Positions 28,568 through 38,695 of a stretch of DNA of 64,000 bases are shown piece after piece. The notes below the pieces were generated by a model that did not search any database, had not been told where the DNA came from, and saw only the letters and a program-made list of their open reading frames with translations. Source of the stretch: Alphaproteobacteria bacterium UBA1002. Lineage in GTDB: Bacteria > Pseudomonadota > Alphaproteobacteria > Rickettsiales > UBA998. The position numbers were made by a program, and so were the translations under genes. Where the stretch lies: the NCBI GenBank assembly GCA_002291845.1, contig DBAU01000034.1:4934-68933 (forward strand), read 5' to 3'. Positions within the stretch are counted from its first letter, which is position 1. Every line of letters starts with the position of its first letter.

Positions 28568-29673
28568 CAGGCAGGCTCCCACTGTCCGCGCGGCTGCATG
28601 GGAATACGCCGCAGCAAGAGATAACCACTGAAAAGCACAACAAGCAGCGCATTGGCATACATCATCACCGCCAGCATCGGCATGCGGGCCGTGAGGTTGT
28701 TGAGTCCAAACGTTATCAACACGATGATCAATGCCCCGCCTGACAGAGCCGTGATACGCTTCCAGCGGCCGCGGCGATTAAACTCACTCCGCAATAATAC
28801 GGCGACCGATAACATGGCAAGCCCTAGCGAATACAAGGGCCAGGTGAGGCGTTGATGTGCTTCGGCAAGAAATTTATTGCGCTGTGCCTCTGGGATGTCC
28901 TCCTTCGGCGCGAATAGGTCGGTGACAAAGCGCTCGCGTGCGTCAGGGATGCGCTTTTGCGCCTGCTGTGTGTAAAAACTGAGGTCAAGATTATAGCTAT
29001 CAAAATCGAGCCAAGAGATGCGGCCTTCGCGTATCTGCTGGCGCATGCCGCGTATCAGGAGAAAGCGTGGCCCCCGAGGAGTTTGGGTCATACGTCCCTC
29101 ATCCGCCATCATGGTCACGGACTGGCTGGCGATGCGATTATCATGCACCAAAATTCCCCGCAATGTGCCATCATCGTTGCGCTCACGTACAAACACCGTC
29201 AGGCCCGGCGCAGGGTGGTTGAAGACCTCCTCTTGCAGAAGGATAGAGGTGTAATTGTCGCGCAGAAAGCTCTGCATATCCTTAAATTGGCGATTGGCCG
29301 CTGGCATAATGTAGAGCGATAAAGCATAGCTGATGAGCGTGACGATCAGGCCAATCGTTAGTGCCGGACGCGCCAGCTGCCATGGTGAAAGGCCGGATGC
29401 TTCCATCACCACCAGTTCACTATCCGCCACTAATTTGTTGTAGGAAAAGATCACCGAAATAAATAGCGCCACCGGCAGGATGATGGTCAGCAGCGAGGGC
29501 ACGAGCAGCAGCGTAATATGCACGAAGTCGAGGATGGAAAGCCCGCGATTGATAATAAAATCGATAAAGCGCAGTGCCTGTGTCAGCCAGATAATGCAGG
29601 TCAGGCTGAATGTGATGAGCAGCATCGGCCAGACGAGCAGCTTGAGAATATAGCGTTGATAATGGCTGAGCAT
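28567..29673 (-). CDS. lptF: LPS export ABC permease LptF
   Basis: YjgP/YjgQ-type permease, divergent from pepA as in many proteobacteria. Confidence 0.85.
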   Translation of the reverse strand: MLSHYQRYILKLLVWPMLLITFSLTCIIWLTQALRFIDFIINRGLSILDFVHITLLLVPSLLTIILPVALFISVIFSYNKLVADSELVVMEASGLSPWQLARPALTIGLIVTLISYALSLYIMPAANRQFKDMQSFLRDNYTSILLQEEVFNHPAPGLTVFVRERNDDGTLRGILVHDNRIASQSVTMMADEGRMTQTPRGPRFLLIRGMRQQIREGRISWLDFDSYNLDLSFYTQQAQKRIPDARERFVTDLFAPKEDIPEAQRNKFLAEAHQRLTWPLYSLGLAMLSVAVLLRSEFNRRGRWKRITALSGGALIIVLITFGLNNLTARMPMLAVMMYANALLVVLFSGYLLLRRIPMQPRGQWEPA

Positions 29674-29819
29674 GCCATGGTTCTACTACGATTACACCGG
29701 CCGTGCCAGTCTCCGATTGCCTTGCGCACCTGTTGGTTGGAGATCACAGGTTTCTTGTGGAAAAATCACCGGGGCAGATTATACCAGAAGAGTCTGCACC
29801 CCAGCGAAGGATAAAACCC

Positions 29820-31334
29820 ATGAAATTCGATTTTTTGTCTAAACTCACTGTTGATGTCGCACCGAAAGGCTTGAAAACGCCGACTGGTATTGCCTGCATT
29901 CTGAATGAGAAAAAAAAGCTCACCGGCGCTGCGGCGTCACTGGATAAGGCCACGGGTGGACAGCTCTCGCGCGCCATCGCACAGGCGGGATTCACAGGGA
30001 AAGCAGGGCAGGTGGTTTCTTTTCTTGCTCCGACAGGTGCCGCGTATGATTTTGTGCTGGTGGGTGCGATCGGCAAAGACAAGGATGCCACCTACACGAC
30101 ATTCGAGAATCTGGGCGGTCTCCTGGTGAAAGAGGCACATCGCCTTGGGCTTGGCGGCTTGGTCATCAGCGCAGAGGTGGCGGGTGTGAAAATTACGCCT
30201 GCGGAGGCAGCGGCCCGCGTACTTTTTGGAGCGCGTCTGCGCTCCTACCGTTTCGATAAATACCGCACCACACAGAAGCCGGAGGAGAAGCCGTCGCTCG
30301 AGTTTATCTGCGTTGCTGGCGTCGATGTGAAGGCAGCGAAGAAAGCGTACGCACCCCTCGAAGCGTTGGCTGAAGGTATCTGTCTAACGCGTGATCTTGT
30401 CACCGAGCCGGCGAATGTGATGTATCCAGAAGCCATGGCTGCTGTCTGTAAAACACTGACCCAGTATGGCCTCAAAGTAGAGGTGATGGGCGAGGAACAG
30501 ATGCGCAAACTCGGCATGGGCTCTCTGCTCGGCGTGGGTCAGGGCTCGGTGCGTGAATCACAGATGGTCGTGTTGCGTTGGGATGGTGCGGATAAAAAAG
30601 AGGCGCCCGTTGCTTTCATCGGTAAAGGCGTCTGCTTCGATACGGGCGGCATCTCCATCAAGCCGGCCAAAGGCATGGAAGAAATGAAATGGGACATGGG
30701 CGGCGCAGGCACCGTGATTGGCCTGATGAAAGCGCTGGCCCTGCGGAAGGCAAAGGTCAATGCCATCGGCGCGGTAGGCCTGGTCGAAAACATGCCCGAT
30801 GGCAATGCCCAGCGTCCAGGGGACATCGTCACGTCGATGTCCGGCCAGACGATTGAAGTCCTCAATACCGATGCCGAAGGCCGTTTGGTGCTCGCCGATG
30901 TGCTCTGGTATGTACAGGATAAATACAAGCCGCAATTTATGGTCGATCTCGCCACCCTGACCGGCGCAATTATCATTTCGCTGGGTCATGAGCGGGCTGG
31001 TTTATTTTCAAATGATGATAAATTGGCGGATCGTCTCTTTGCTGCCGGAGAAGAAACGGGCGAGCGCCTGTGGCGGTTGCCGCTGGGGGATGAATATGAC
31101 CGGCAGATCAACTCTGATGTTGCAGACATGCAGAATATCGGCGCCGATCGCGAAGCCGGAAGCATCACGGCAGCCCAGTTCCTGCAGCGTTTTGTCAATG
31201 GCCTGCCGTGGGCACATCTTGATATCGCCGGTACGGCATGGAGCAAGAAGGATGCCCCGATCTGCCCGAAAGGCGCGACTGCTTTCGGCATCCGCCTGCT
31301 AAATCGCTTTGTTGAATTACATTACGAAAAATAA
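29820..31334 (+). CDS. pepA: leucyl aminopeptidase (M17)
   Basis: Start at the ATG at 29820. Motifs VGKGVCFDTGGISIKP, NTDAEGRLVLAD and LDIAGTAW are present. Confidence 0.95.
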   Translation: MKFDFLSKLTVDVAPKGLKTPTGIACILNEKKKLTGAAASLDKATGGQLSRAIAQAGFTGKAGQVVSFLAPTGAAYDFVLVGAIGKDKDATYTTFENLGGLLVKEAHRLGLGGLVISAEVAGVKITPAEAAARVLFGARLRSYRFDKYRTTQKPEEKPSLEFICVAGVDVKAAKKAYAPLEALAEGICLTRDLVTEPANVMYPEAMAAVCKTLTQYGLKVEVMGEEQMRKLGMGSLLGVGQGSVRESQMVVLRWDGADKKEAPVAFIGKGVCFDTGGISIKPAKGMEEMKWDMGGAGTVIGLMKALALRKAKVNAIGAVGLVENMPDGNAQRPGDIVTSMSGQTIEVLNTDAEGRLVLADVLWYVQDKYKPQFMVDLATLTGAIIISLGHERAGLFSNDDKLADRLFAAGEETGERLWRLPLGDEYDRQINSDVADMQNIGADREAGSITAAQFLQRFVNGLPWAHLDIAGTAWSKKDAPICPKGATAFGIRLLNRFVELHYEK

Positions 31335-31393
31335 TTCCCGTTATTTTTTCTAGATCTTCCTCGTTAGGTGACGAAAAACCAAAGAAAACATAG

Positions 31394-31441
31394 CCTTAAT
31401 AATTTGGTTAAAATTTTAATTGAAATTACCAATTATTAAGG
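31394..31441. promoter_or_regulatory. inverted repeat in the AT-rich leader of the RTX gene (possible operator)
   Basis: CCTTAATAATTTGG (31394-31407) faces CCAATTATTAAGG (31429-31441), which is 13 of 14 complementary. It ends 33 nt upstream of the ATG. Confidence 0.3.
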
Positions 31442-31474
31442 TTATGTTACAAATCACTAACGAGGGAGTATTTT

Positions 31475-32830
31475 ATGACTACGAACAACAATAATAACAA
31501 TGTAGTTGCAAATAATCGTGCCGTTGTTGCGGGAACCGACCGTGATGATGTGCTGGTCGTACGCGGAGCGCTTCCAACCATTCTGCGGGGAAATGGTGGC
31601 AATGACCGCTTATCAATTGATTCGAATCAGGGTGGTCGTCATATTTTAGATGGGGGTGCCGGCAATGACATTCTGCTCGCGCTGCAAGGTGTGGGGCATC
31701 GGTTGTTGGGTGGCGAGGGAAATGATCTATTTCATTTGAATGGCCGGCGACACACCGCCCTGGGCGATGCAGGGAATGATCGCTTTTTTGTCTCCGGGGC
31801 CGGACACACCGTCGATGGCGGCGCAGGCAATGACTCGGTAACTGTCAATGGTTTAAATCACTCAATTCAAACCGGTGACGGTAACGACCATGTGGAGGCT
31901 AACGGCAGATTGGTAGATAGCCTGGTTTGGTTGGGTAATGGAAACGACCGTGTCAACATCGGTGGTTCGATCGCAAACTCTATGATTGCCACCGAATTTG
32001 GTAACGATAGCATCTCCATTCGTTCGGCGACAAATTCGCAGATCTTGGCGGGCAGTGGTAACGATGAGCTTAACGTAAGTACGTCTTTTGGATCAAATAT
32101 AAGTGGGGGTGAGGGACATGACGTAATTAACGTTGCCGAGGCCTCTTACTCCACGATTGTGGGAGATGACGGGAATGACCGTATCACGGTGAGATCATTA
32201 GGGTCTGAATCGTTTCCGGAAGATCCGCTTTCAAGAAGTAAGGTTGATGGTGGAAAAGGGGATGATCTGATTAATGTCCGTTTGGCTGACGATTTTGATG
32301 CTGGCATTTTAGAGGTTCAGGGCGGCAGCGGAAGTGATCAGATTTATGTCCATGCTGGGGCTGCAGATGGTGGTCTTGTCTTCGTTTATGGTGGTGAAGG
32401 GAACGACAGGATCTTCGTGGATTCAGGTCTGCCGGATGATACTGTGGCCTCAGGCCCTGGCTGGTTTCCAAACCATCGGTTTGTTATCGATGGCGGAGCT
32501 GGCGATGATTATATCTCCGGTGGGGGTGGTTCAGAGCTTTACCTGGTACAAGGGAATGACCGCATTTGGTCGGGCGCGGGAAACGATAGCTTCGTGTTTT
32601 TTGATCTCGATAGTTCACGTTTTTCTAGATCGCTCGTGAAGATTGAGGACTTCAGTGTTGAGAATGATCGCATAGATATCTCACTGCTTGGGGATCTTCA
32701 GCGCGCCGAAGTGATTCATGCGGGGGAGGACTCTGCGCTCCTGTTCCAGACCCAAAATCATACACTGACAATTTATCTAAATGATACGCAGGTTGATAAT
32801 ATTCAAGATCTGAATATTTACTACGGCTAA
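31475..32830 (+). CDS. RTX-type calcium-binding repeat protein (451 aa)
   Basis: About 20 GxxGND(R)-type repeats, alternating canonical and degenerate nonapeptides. It has a poly-Asn N-terminus and the C-terminal segment GNDSFVF...IEDFSVENDRIDISLLGD. SD GAGGGA lies 7 nt upstream. Confidence 0.8.
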   Translation: MTTNNNNNNVVANNRAVVAGTDRDDVLVVRGALPTILRGNGGNDRLSIDSNQGGRHILDGGAGNDILLALQGVGHRLLGGEGNDLFHLNGRRHTALGDAGNDRFFVSGAGHTVDGGAGNDSVTVNGLNHSIQTGDGNDHVEANGRLVDSLVWLGNGNDRVNIGGSIANSMIATEFGNDSISIRSATNSQILAGSGNDELNVSTSFGSNISGGEGHDVINVAEASYSTIVGDDGNDRITVRSLGSESFPEDPLSRSKVDGGKGDDLINVRLADDFDAGILEVQGGSGSDQIYVHAGAADGGLVFVYGGEGNDRIFVDSGLPDDTVASGPGWFPNHRFVIDGGAGDDYISGGGGSELYLVQGNDRIWSGAGNDSFVFFDLDSSRFSRSLVKIEDFSVENDRIDISLLGDLQRAEVIHAGEDSALLFQTQNHTLTIYLNDTQVDNIQDLNIYYG

Positions 32831-32844
32831 TAAATCTCGCTAAG

Positions 32845-32880
32845 ATAAAGCCCACACGAGGTACCTCGTGTGGGCTTTAT
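32845..32880. terminator. perfect 36-nt palindrome downstream of the RTX gene
   Basis: ATAAAGCCCACACGAGGT | ACCTCGTGTGGGCTTTAT. Confidence 0.6.
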
Positions 32881-32903
32881 GCCTTTAAGTAACCACGACA
32901 AGG

Positions 32904-33362
32904 ATGAAAACGTTGACCGCTGTACGCTTTTATCACCTGCTTTCCCTGCCGCTGGAGAAGGCGCTGCCCAAGCTGATGGAAGCGGCGTATGCCAACGGCG
33001 TGAAAACGCTCATTCATGGGCGGGAGGATCAGGTGGAAGCGCTGGATCGCGCCATCTGGACGTTCCATCCGGGAAAGTTCATCCCGCATGGCACGGAGCG
33101 TGATCCCTACCCGGATGAGCAGCCGATTCTGCTCTCCACCGGCTTTCATCCGCTCAATGACGCCACGCTGCTGGTGATGGTGGATGGAACCCTTTATGAG
33201 GCCCCGCATCCCTTTGCGCGGGTATTTGATGTGTTTGATGGCACGGATGATGAGGCGGTCGCCGCCGCCCGCCAGCGTTGGGCCGCCTACAAAGCCAAAG
33301 GCTGGACGCTCGAATATTTCCGCCAGCAGGAAGACGGGAGCTGGGTGCAGCAGGCCTCGTGA
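32904..33362 (+). CDS. holC: DNA polymerase III chi subunit
   Basis: FYHL...LPKLMEAAY..G.KTLI...EDQVEALDRAIWTF....FIPHG pattern; position next to pepA. Confidence 0.85.
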   Translation: MKTLTAVRFYHLLSLPLEKALPKLMEAAYANGVKTLIHGREDQVEALDRAIWTFHPGKFIPHGTERDPYPDEQPILLSTGFHPLNDATLLVMVDGTLYEAPHPFARVFDVFDGTDDEAVAAARQRWAAYKAKGWTLEYFRQQEDGSWVQQAS

Positions 33363-33408
33363 CCGCCTGAGAGTCTTCTTTACTGACCGGGCCCCGGGCA
33401 CTAACACT

Positions 33409-34488
33409 ATGCCCATGAATGACGAATCTTACATGCGCATGGCGCTCTCATTGGCGCGGCGGGGGCTGGGCACGACGGCGCCCAATCCCAGCGTCGGCTG
33501 TGTGCTGGTGCAGGCGGGCCAGATCGTCGGGCGGGGCTGGACGCAAGCCGGTGGCCGCCCGCATGCTGAAGCGATGGCGCTGGCGCAGGCCGGTGTGTGC
33601 GCGCAAGGCGCCACCGCATATGTGACGCTGGAGCCCTGTGCCCATCACGGGGTGACGCCGCCCTGCGCGGAGGCGCTGGTCGCCGCTGGCATCCGCCGCT
33701 GCGTGATTGCCTGCAGCGATCCTGATTCGCGGGTGGCGGGCAAGGGCATCATGGCGCTGGCCGCCGCAGGCGTGGAAACGGTGACGCGCGTGTGCGAAAG
33801 CGAGGCCCGTGCGCTAAATGAAGGCTTTTTCTCGCGCCTGGAGCAGGCCCGCCCATGGGTCACGCTGAAGCTCGCCACCTCGCTGGAGGGCGGCATCGCC
33901 ACGGCGCAGGGTGAATCGCAATGGATCACCGGGGAGGCGGCGCGCCGCCACGCCCAGATGCTACGCGCCCAGCATGACGCCATCCTCACCGGCATCGGCA
34001 CCGTGCTGGCGGACGATCCGCAGCTCACCTGCCGGTTGCCGGGGCTAGAGGCGCGCTCGCCGGTGCGTGTTGTGCTCGACCGCCGCTTGCGTCTGCCTCT
34101 GGCGTCGCAGTTGGTGGCACGTGCGCGGGAGGTGCCGCTATGGATCTTTACCGAAGCGCCCGAGGCCGCCGCTGCCCCGCTGCAGGCCGCGGGAGCGGAG
34201 GTGGTTCAGATGAAGACAGTCACCCCGGCCGCCGTGGCCCATGTACTGGCTGAGCGGGGCATCACCCGGTTGTTGGTCGAGGCGGGGACGCAGGTGGCCA
34301 CCGCATTTTATCAGTCCGGGCTGGTGGATGCGTGCTATTGGTACCGCGCCCCGGTGCTGCTCGGGGCCGGGGCGGTCATGGCGCTGCAGCCTTCCGGGTC
34401 GGCTCCCCTGGCGGAGTTGCCACGCTGGCGGCTGCTGCGCAGTGAAACCCTCGGCGCAGACCGGCTGGAAATCTACGCCCGTCCGTAA
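33409..34488 (+). CDS. ribD: bifunctional riboflavin deaminase/reductase RibD
   Basis: Start at the ATG at 33409. Deaminase motifs HAE and TLEPCAHHGVTPPC, followed by a reductase domain. Confidence 0.9.
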   Translation: MPMNDESYMRMALSLARRGLGTTAPNPSVGCVLVQAGQIVGRGWTQAGGRPHAEAMALAQAGVCAQGATAYVTLEPCAHHGVTPPCAEALVAAGIRRCVIACSDPDSRVAGKGIMALAAAGVETVTRVCESEARALNEGFFSRLEQARPWVTLKLATSLEGGIATAQGESQWITGEAARRHAQMLRAQHDAILTGIGTVLADDPQLTCRLPGLEARSPVRVVLDRRLRLPLASQLVARAREVPLWIFTEAPEAAAAPLQAAGAEVVQMKTVTPAAVAHVLAERGITRLLVEAGTQVATAFYQSGLVDACYWYRAPVLLGAGAVMALQPSGSAPLAELPRWRLLRSETLGADRLEIYARP

Positions 34489-34502
34489 ACTGCCCTGCTC
34501 AG

Positions 34503-34916
34503 TTAAGCAGCTATGGCGTTCTCTGTCTCTCTGCCTCTCGCGTCGGAAATCAGGTTGCAGACTGCCTGTAGTTTCTCCACATCAGCGAGGAGTTGCGAGT
34601 CGTCTCTCATGCTGTTCAGCCACGCTTTAGCCGGATTACCTGAGGTTACATGCTCCAGCCGCCCCATCAGGCCATCCAGCGCCTGCACGTAATCTCTGCG
34701 CTGCCCGGTTCGGAGGTCCTGCTGCGTCATGATCCAGCGTTTAACAGCCTCCAGCGCATGCTGCCAGTCGTCGGTCGTCTGAAGTGTAGTAGACACGCCA
34801 TTCTCAATGTCTTTCAGAGAATTATGAATATCCATGACAGCGACCCGAGCGGCCGAGACTCTTAGCCGTTTAGCTAGGGAAGTGTAGGGTTCGCAGTTTT
34901 TTTCGTGCGCGTTCAT
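34503..34916 (-). CDS. hypothetical protein (137 aa), no recognisable motif
   Basis: Single ORF on the opposite strand that fills the ribD-ribE spacer. The SD is weak and coding status is uncertain. Confidence 0.45.
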   Translation of the reverse strand: MNAHEKNCEPYTSLAKRLRVSAARVAVMDIHNSLKDIENGVSTTLQTTDDWQHALEAVKRWIMTQQDLRTGQRRDYVQALDGLMGRLEHVTSGNPAKAWLNSMRDDSQLLADVEKLQAVCNLISDARGRETENAIAA

Positions 34917-35019
34917 GGTATTCTCGTTAATAAAAGTTAATGCGGGCCCTCTTAGCGCGTTGCTGTTAAGAAATTATGACAATCGTTGCGATTTTCCGCA
35001 GTCTTGCTATAGAGCAGCC

Positions 35020-35625
35020 ATGTTTACCGGCATTGTCACTGATCTCGGCACGCTGCTGCATCTCGAAGGCGGCGCGGAAAACCTGCGCCTGAGCATCGGC
35101 ACATCCTATGATGAGCGCTCCATCGCGCTGGGCGCGTCCATCGCCTGCAACGGCATCTGCCTGACCGTGGTGGAAAAAGGCCAGTATGAGCATGGCACGT
35201 ATTTTCAGGTGGATGCCTCGCCGCATACGCAGGCGGTGACCACCCTGGGACGCTGGCAGGTAGGGCAGCCCCTGAATCTGGAGCGTGCGCTGAAAATGGG
35301 CGATGAGCTGGGCGGCCATCTGGTGACCGGCCATGTGGACGGGCTGGCCAGCGTGATGTCGGTGAAGCAGGCGGGCGACTCGGTGGCTTATGTGTTGGAA
35401 GCCCCGGCGGCGCTCTCCCCGTTTATTGCGCCCAAGGGGTCGGTAACGCTGGATGGTGTCTCGCTCACCGTGACGGATGTGAAGGGCACCTTCTTCGGCA
35501 TCACCATCATCCCGCATACGCTGAGCGTCACCACCTGGCAGTCCGTGCGCGAGGGGGATGTGATGAACCTCGAGATTGACCTCATCGCACGCTATGTGAA
35601 GCGCATGCTGGACGCACGGAGCTGA
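35020..35625 (+). CDS. ribE: riboflavin synthase (alpha chain)
   Basis: MFTGIVTDLG... and the internal repeat GGHLVTGHVDG. Confidence 0.9.
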   Translation: MFTGIVTDLGTLLHLEGGAENLRLSIGTSYDERSIALGASIACNGICLTVVEKGQYEHGTYFQVDASPHTQAVTTLGRWQVGQPLNLERALKMGDELGGHLVTGHVDGLASVMSVKQAGDSVAYVLEAPAALSPFIAPKGSVTLDGVSLTVTDVKGTFFGITIIPHTLSVTTWQSVREGDVMNLEIDLIARYVKRMLDARS

Positions 35626-35626
35626 T

Positions 35627-36736
35627 ATGAGCCGTCATCCTGAACTGGCCACCATCCCCGAGATCATCGAAGACGCCCGCGCCGGACGGATGTTTATTCT
35701 GGTCGATGACGAAGACCGCGAGAACGAGGGCGACCTGGTGATTCCGGCGGAGAAGGCCGATGCGGACGCGATCAATTTTATGGCCAAGCATGGGCGCGGG
35801 CTAATCTGTCTTTCCATGACGGAGACGCGGGTGCGCCAGCTGAATCTGCCGCTGATGAGCCGCCATAATGCCTCACGCCACCAGACGGCGTTCACCGTTT
35901 CCATCGAGGCGCGCGAGGGCGTCACCACCGGCATTTCCGCCGCTGACCGGGCGCAGACTATCCGTGTGGCCATCGATCCTGCCAAAGGCGCGGCCGATAT
36001 CGCCTCACCCGGCCATGTGTTCCCGTTGGTGGCGCGCGATGGCGGCGTGCTGGTGCGCGCCGGGCATACCGAAGCGGCGGTGGATATCGCCACGCTGGCC
36101 GGGCTGAACCCGGCGGGGGTGATTTGTGAAATCATGAATGACGATGGCAGCATGGCCCGCCTGCCGGACTTGCTGATTTTCGCCAAGCAGCACGGGCTGA
36201 AGATTGCCACCATCGCGGACCTCATCGCCTATCGTCGCCGTTCGGAAAAACTGGTCGAGCAAGTGCTGGCCATGCCGTTTGCCAGCAAGGAAGGCGGTGA
36301 ATTTACGCTGATGCTCTACCGCGATGTCCTCTCCGGGGCGGAGCATGTGGTGCTGCAAAAAGGCCGCCTTGATGGAGACGCACCCTGCCTTGTGCGCATG
36401 CATTCCAGTGATTTCCTGACTGACATTCTGCAGGATGCCAGCAATCCCAAAGCAGGGGATTTGTTCCGCGCCATGCGGATGCTCGAGCGTGCCGGCAATG
36501 GGCTGGTGGTGATTCTGCGTAACCCGATGCCGGGGGCGCTTTCCAGCCAGCTCCTTGCCCGTCAGCGCGGGGAAGCAGCCACGATGGACCTGCGGGCATA
36601 TGGCATCGGCGCCCAGATTCTGCTCGATCTCGGCGTGCGCGATATGGTACTCATCACCTCCAGCCCGCGTCCGGTGGTGGGGCTGGAAGGCTACGGCCTG
36701 AATATTGTTGGCCACCGCACCTTTGAAGATTCCTGA
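35627..36736 (+). CDS. ribBA: DHBP synthase fused to a degenerate GTP-cyclohydrolase-II-like domain (RibBX-type)
   Basis: The N-terminal RibB domain is intact ([20 protein letters not shown]). The C-terminal domain lacks the zinc cysteines: it reads [22 protein letters not shown] where the canonical sequence is HSECLTGD..CDCG. Confidence 0.85.
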   Translation: MSRHPELATIPEIIEDARAGRMFILVDDEDRENEGDLVIPAEKADADAINFMAKHGRGLICLSMTETRVRQLNLPLMSRHNASRHQTAFTVSIEAREGVTTGISAADRAQTIRVAIDPAKGAADIASPGHVFPLVARDGGVLVRAGHTEAAVDIATLAGLNPAGVICEIMNDDGSMARLPDLLIFAKQHGLKIATIADLIAYRRRSEKLVEQVLAMPFASKEGGEFTLMLYRDVLSGAEHVVLQKGRLDGDAPCLVRMHSSDFLTDILQDASNPKAGDLFRAMRMLERAGNGLVVILRNPMPGALSSQLLARQRGEAATMDLRAYGIGAQILLDLGVRDMVLITSSPRPVVGLEGYGLNIVGHRTFEDS

Positions 36737-37173
36737 TGACCCGTCTTTTGTTTGTTGTCGCGCCGTTCTACCGTGACTATGCAGATGCGCTGATCGCCGG
36801 TGCCTCTGCCGTATGCGAGCGGCAAGGCGTTGCGTTCGATATCGTCGAGGTGCCCGGTGCGCTGGAGATTCCGGGCGCCATCCGGCTCGCCATGGAGAGC
36901 GCGGCCTATGACGGGTATGTGGCGCTTGGCTGCGTCATTCGCGGGGAAACTTACCATTTCGAGGTGGTCTCTAATGAAAGCGCGCGCGGGCTGATGACGC
37001 TTACCACTGAGTTCGGGCTGGCCATCGGCAACGGCATCCTCACCTGCGAGAATGACGAGCAGGCCTGGGTGCGCGCGGATCCCCAGCAGAAAAATAAAGG
37101 CGGCGAGGCGGCGGAAGCCTGCCTGCGCATGGTGGCGCTCTTCCGCCGTTTCACGCAGGAGGATGCGGCATGA
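36736..37173 (+). CDS. ribH: 6,7-dimethyl-8-ribityllumazine synthase
   Basis: 145 aa with VPGALEIP and [12 protein letters not shown] motifs. Confidence 0.9.
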   Translation: MTRLLFVVAPFYRDYADALIAGASAVCERQGVAFDIVEVPGALEIPGAIRLAMESAAYDGYVALGCVIRGETYHFEVVSNESARGLMTLTTEFGLAIGNGILTCENDEQAWVRADPQQKNKGGEAAEACLRMVALFRRFTQEDAA

Positions 37174-37640
37174 CAGCGCTCAATCCTTCGCTGCGCAAAA
37201 AAAGTGCCGCGCGCATGGCGGCGGTGCAGTGCCTGTATCAGCATGTGTATGCGCCGGAGTTGTCGCCCGATCAGCTGATTGTGGCCCGCATGGGCATCGA
37301 GGGCGAGGAAGAGGGCCTGCTCGAGGAGCTGGAGCCGCTTGATATCGCGCCGGATGGCAAGTTGTTACGCGGCATCGTCAGCGGTGCGGTAGGCCAGCAG
37401 GTAGAGCTGGACCGCCGGCTGGAGGAGGTGCTCGGCACGCGCTGGAGCGGTCACCGCATGCCGGAGCTGATGCGCGCGCTGTTCCGCTGCGCCGCGTATG
37501 AATTCCTTTATCACCCGGAGCTGAAGCCCGGCATCATCCTCGATCAGTATGTGACCCTGGCCACCAGCTTCTTCGATGATAGCGAAGTCGGCTTCGTCAA
37601 TGGGGCGCTGCAGGAAGTTGCGAAAAGCCTGCGTTCCTAA
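37170..37640 (+). CDS. nusB: transcription antitermination factor NusB
   Basis: [11 protein letters not shown] at the N-terminus, NusB length, and position after ribH. Confidence 0.9.
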   Translation: MTALNPSLRKKSAARMAAVQCLYQHVYAPELSPDQLIVARMGIEGEEEGLLEELEPLDIAPDGKLLRGIVSGAVGQQVELDRRLEEVLGTRWSGHRMPELMRALFRCAAYEFLYHPELKPGIILDQYVTLATSFFDDSEVGFVNGALQEVAKSLRS

Positions 37641-37651
37641 AGAATGTTGCT

Positions 37652-37733
37652 CGTCATTGCGAGCGCAAGCGAAGCGGGCAATGGGTTGTTGTGGTCGAAG
37701 AGGCTTGTCCTTCCTTCGCACCCGCTTGCGTGC
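37652..37733. repeat. short palindromic intergenic repeat, copy C
   Basis: CGTCATTGCGAGCGCAAGCGAAGC (37652-37675) shares the CGTCATTGCGA and AGCGAAGC cores with copies A and B. GCGCAAGCG faces CGCTTGCG(T)GC at 37723-37733. Confidence 0.4.
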
Positions 37734-37761
37734 AGAGGCGGGGGACGTGTAGGGTGGGGCG

Positions 37762-38685
37762 ATGGAAGAATTTTCCCTGATCGATCACTTCCTGCGCCCG
37801 CTGGCGCTGGCACCTGAGGCGCTGGGCCTGCGTGACGATGCCGCCCTGCTGGCATCGCGCCCTGGCCATCGGCTGGTGGTCAGCGCCGATATGCTGCAGG
37901 CGGGAGTGCATTTTTTTGCCGATGATCCTCCCGATGCCATCGCGCAGAAAGCGCTGCGGGTCAACCTCTCCGACCTCGCGGCGATGGGCGCGGAGCCCTA
38001 TGGCTATTTCCTCTGCCTCGGCCTGCCGGAAGGGATGGACGAAACGTGGCTGCGCGCCTTTTGCGATGGCCTGAGCGCCGATCAGGCGACCTACGGCATC
38101 ACGCTGCTTGGTGGGGATACTACGCGCACGCACGGGCCGTTATCGCTGAGCCTGACCGTGATGGGCTGGGTGCCGGAAGGGCAGGCGCTGCATCGCATGG
38201 GCGCACGCCCGGGCGACCAGCTATGCGTCAGTGGCACGCTGGGTGATGCTGCACTGGGCCTGATTGAGCGTCCCTCGGCGGCCCATGCGCGCTATCTGCG
38301 CCCGCTGCCCCGGCTCAGCCTCGGCACGGCCCTGCGAGGCGTGGCCACGGCGGCGATGGATATCTCGGATGGGCTGGTGCAAGATGCCGGCCATCTGGCG
38401 TCTGCCAGCGGGGTGGGCTTGCGCATGGAGGCCGCGCGGGTGCCTTTGTCCATGGCGGTGCGCGATGCCATTGCAGAGGGGCGTTTTACGCTGGCACAGG
38501 TCCTCACCGGTGGGGATGATTATGAGCTGCTTTTTACCTTACCGCCCGACATCGCGCTTCCGCCGGAGACAACCTGCATTGGCGAGGTGACAACATCCCC
38601 CGGCCTGCAGGTGGTAGATGCGTCAGGCCACCCCATGCATTTTGCGCGGCCCGGCTATCGTCACCGCTGGGAGGCATCGTCGTAA
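37762..38685 (+). CDS. thiL: thiamine-monophosphate kinase
   Basis: MEEFSLIDHF at the N-terminus, an AIR-synthase-like fold, and GGDDYELLFT. Confidence 0.9.
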   Translation: MEEFSLIDHFLRPLALAPEALGLRDDAALLASRPGHRLVVSADMLQAGVHFFADDPPDAIAQKALRVNLSDLAAMGAEPYGYFLCLGLPEGMDETWLRAFCDGLSADQATYGITLLGGDTTRTHGPLSLSLTVMGWVPEGQALHRMGARPGDQLCVSGTLGDAALGLIERPSAAHARYLRPLPRLSLGTALRGVATAAMDISDGLVQDAGHLASASGVGLRMEAARVPLSMAVRDAIAEGRFTLAQVLTGGDDYELLFTLPPDIALPPETTCIGEVTTSPGLQVVDASGHPMHFARPGYRHRWEASS

Positions 38686-38695
38686 GGCGAGTACG

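Noticed and set aside
33363-35019. FMN (RFN) riboswitch upstream of ribD or ribE
   Set aside because: I could not find the conserved RFN core (GGGCGGGGCGAAATTCCCCACCGG-like) in either spacer. An Rfam scan would be needed to be certain.
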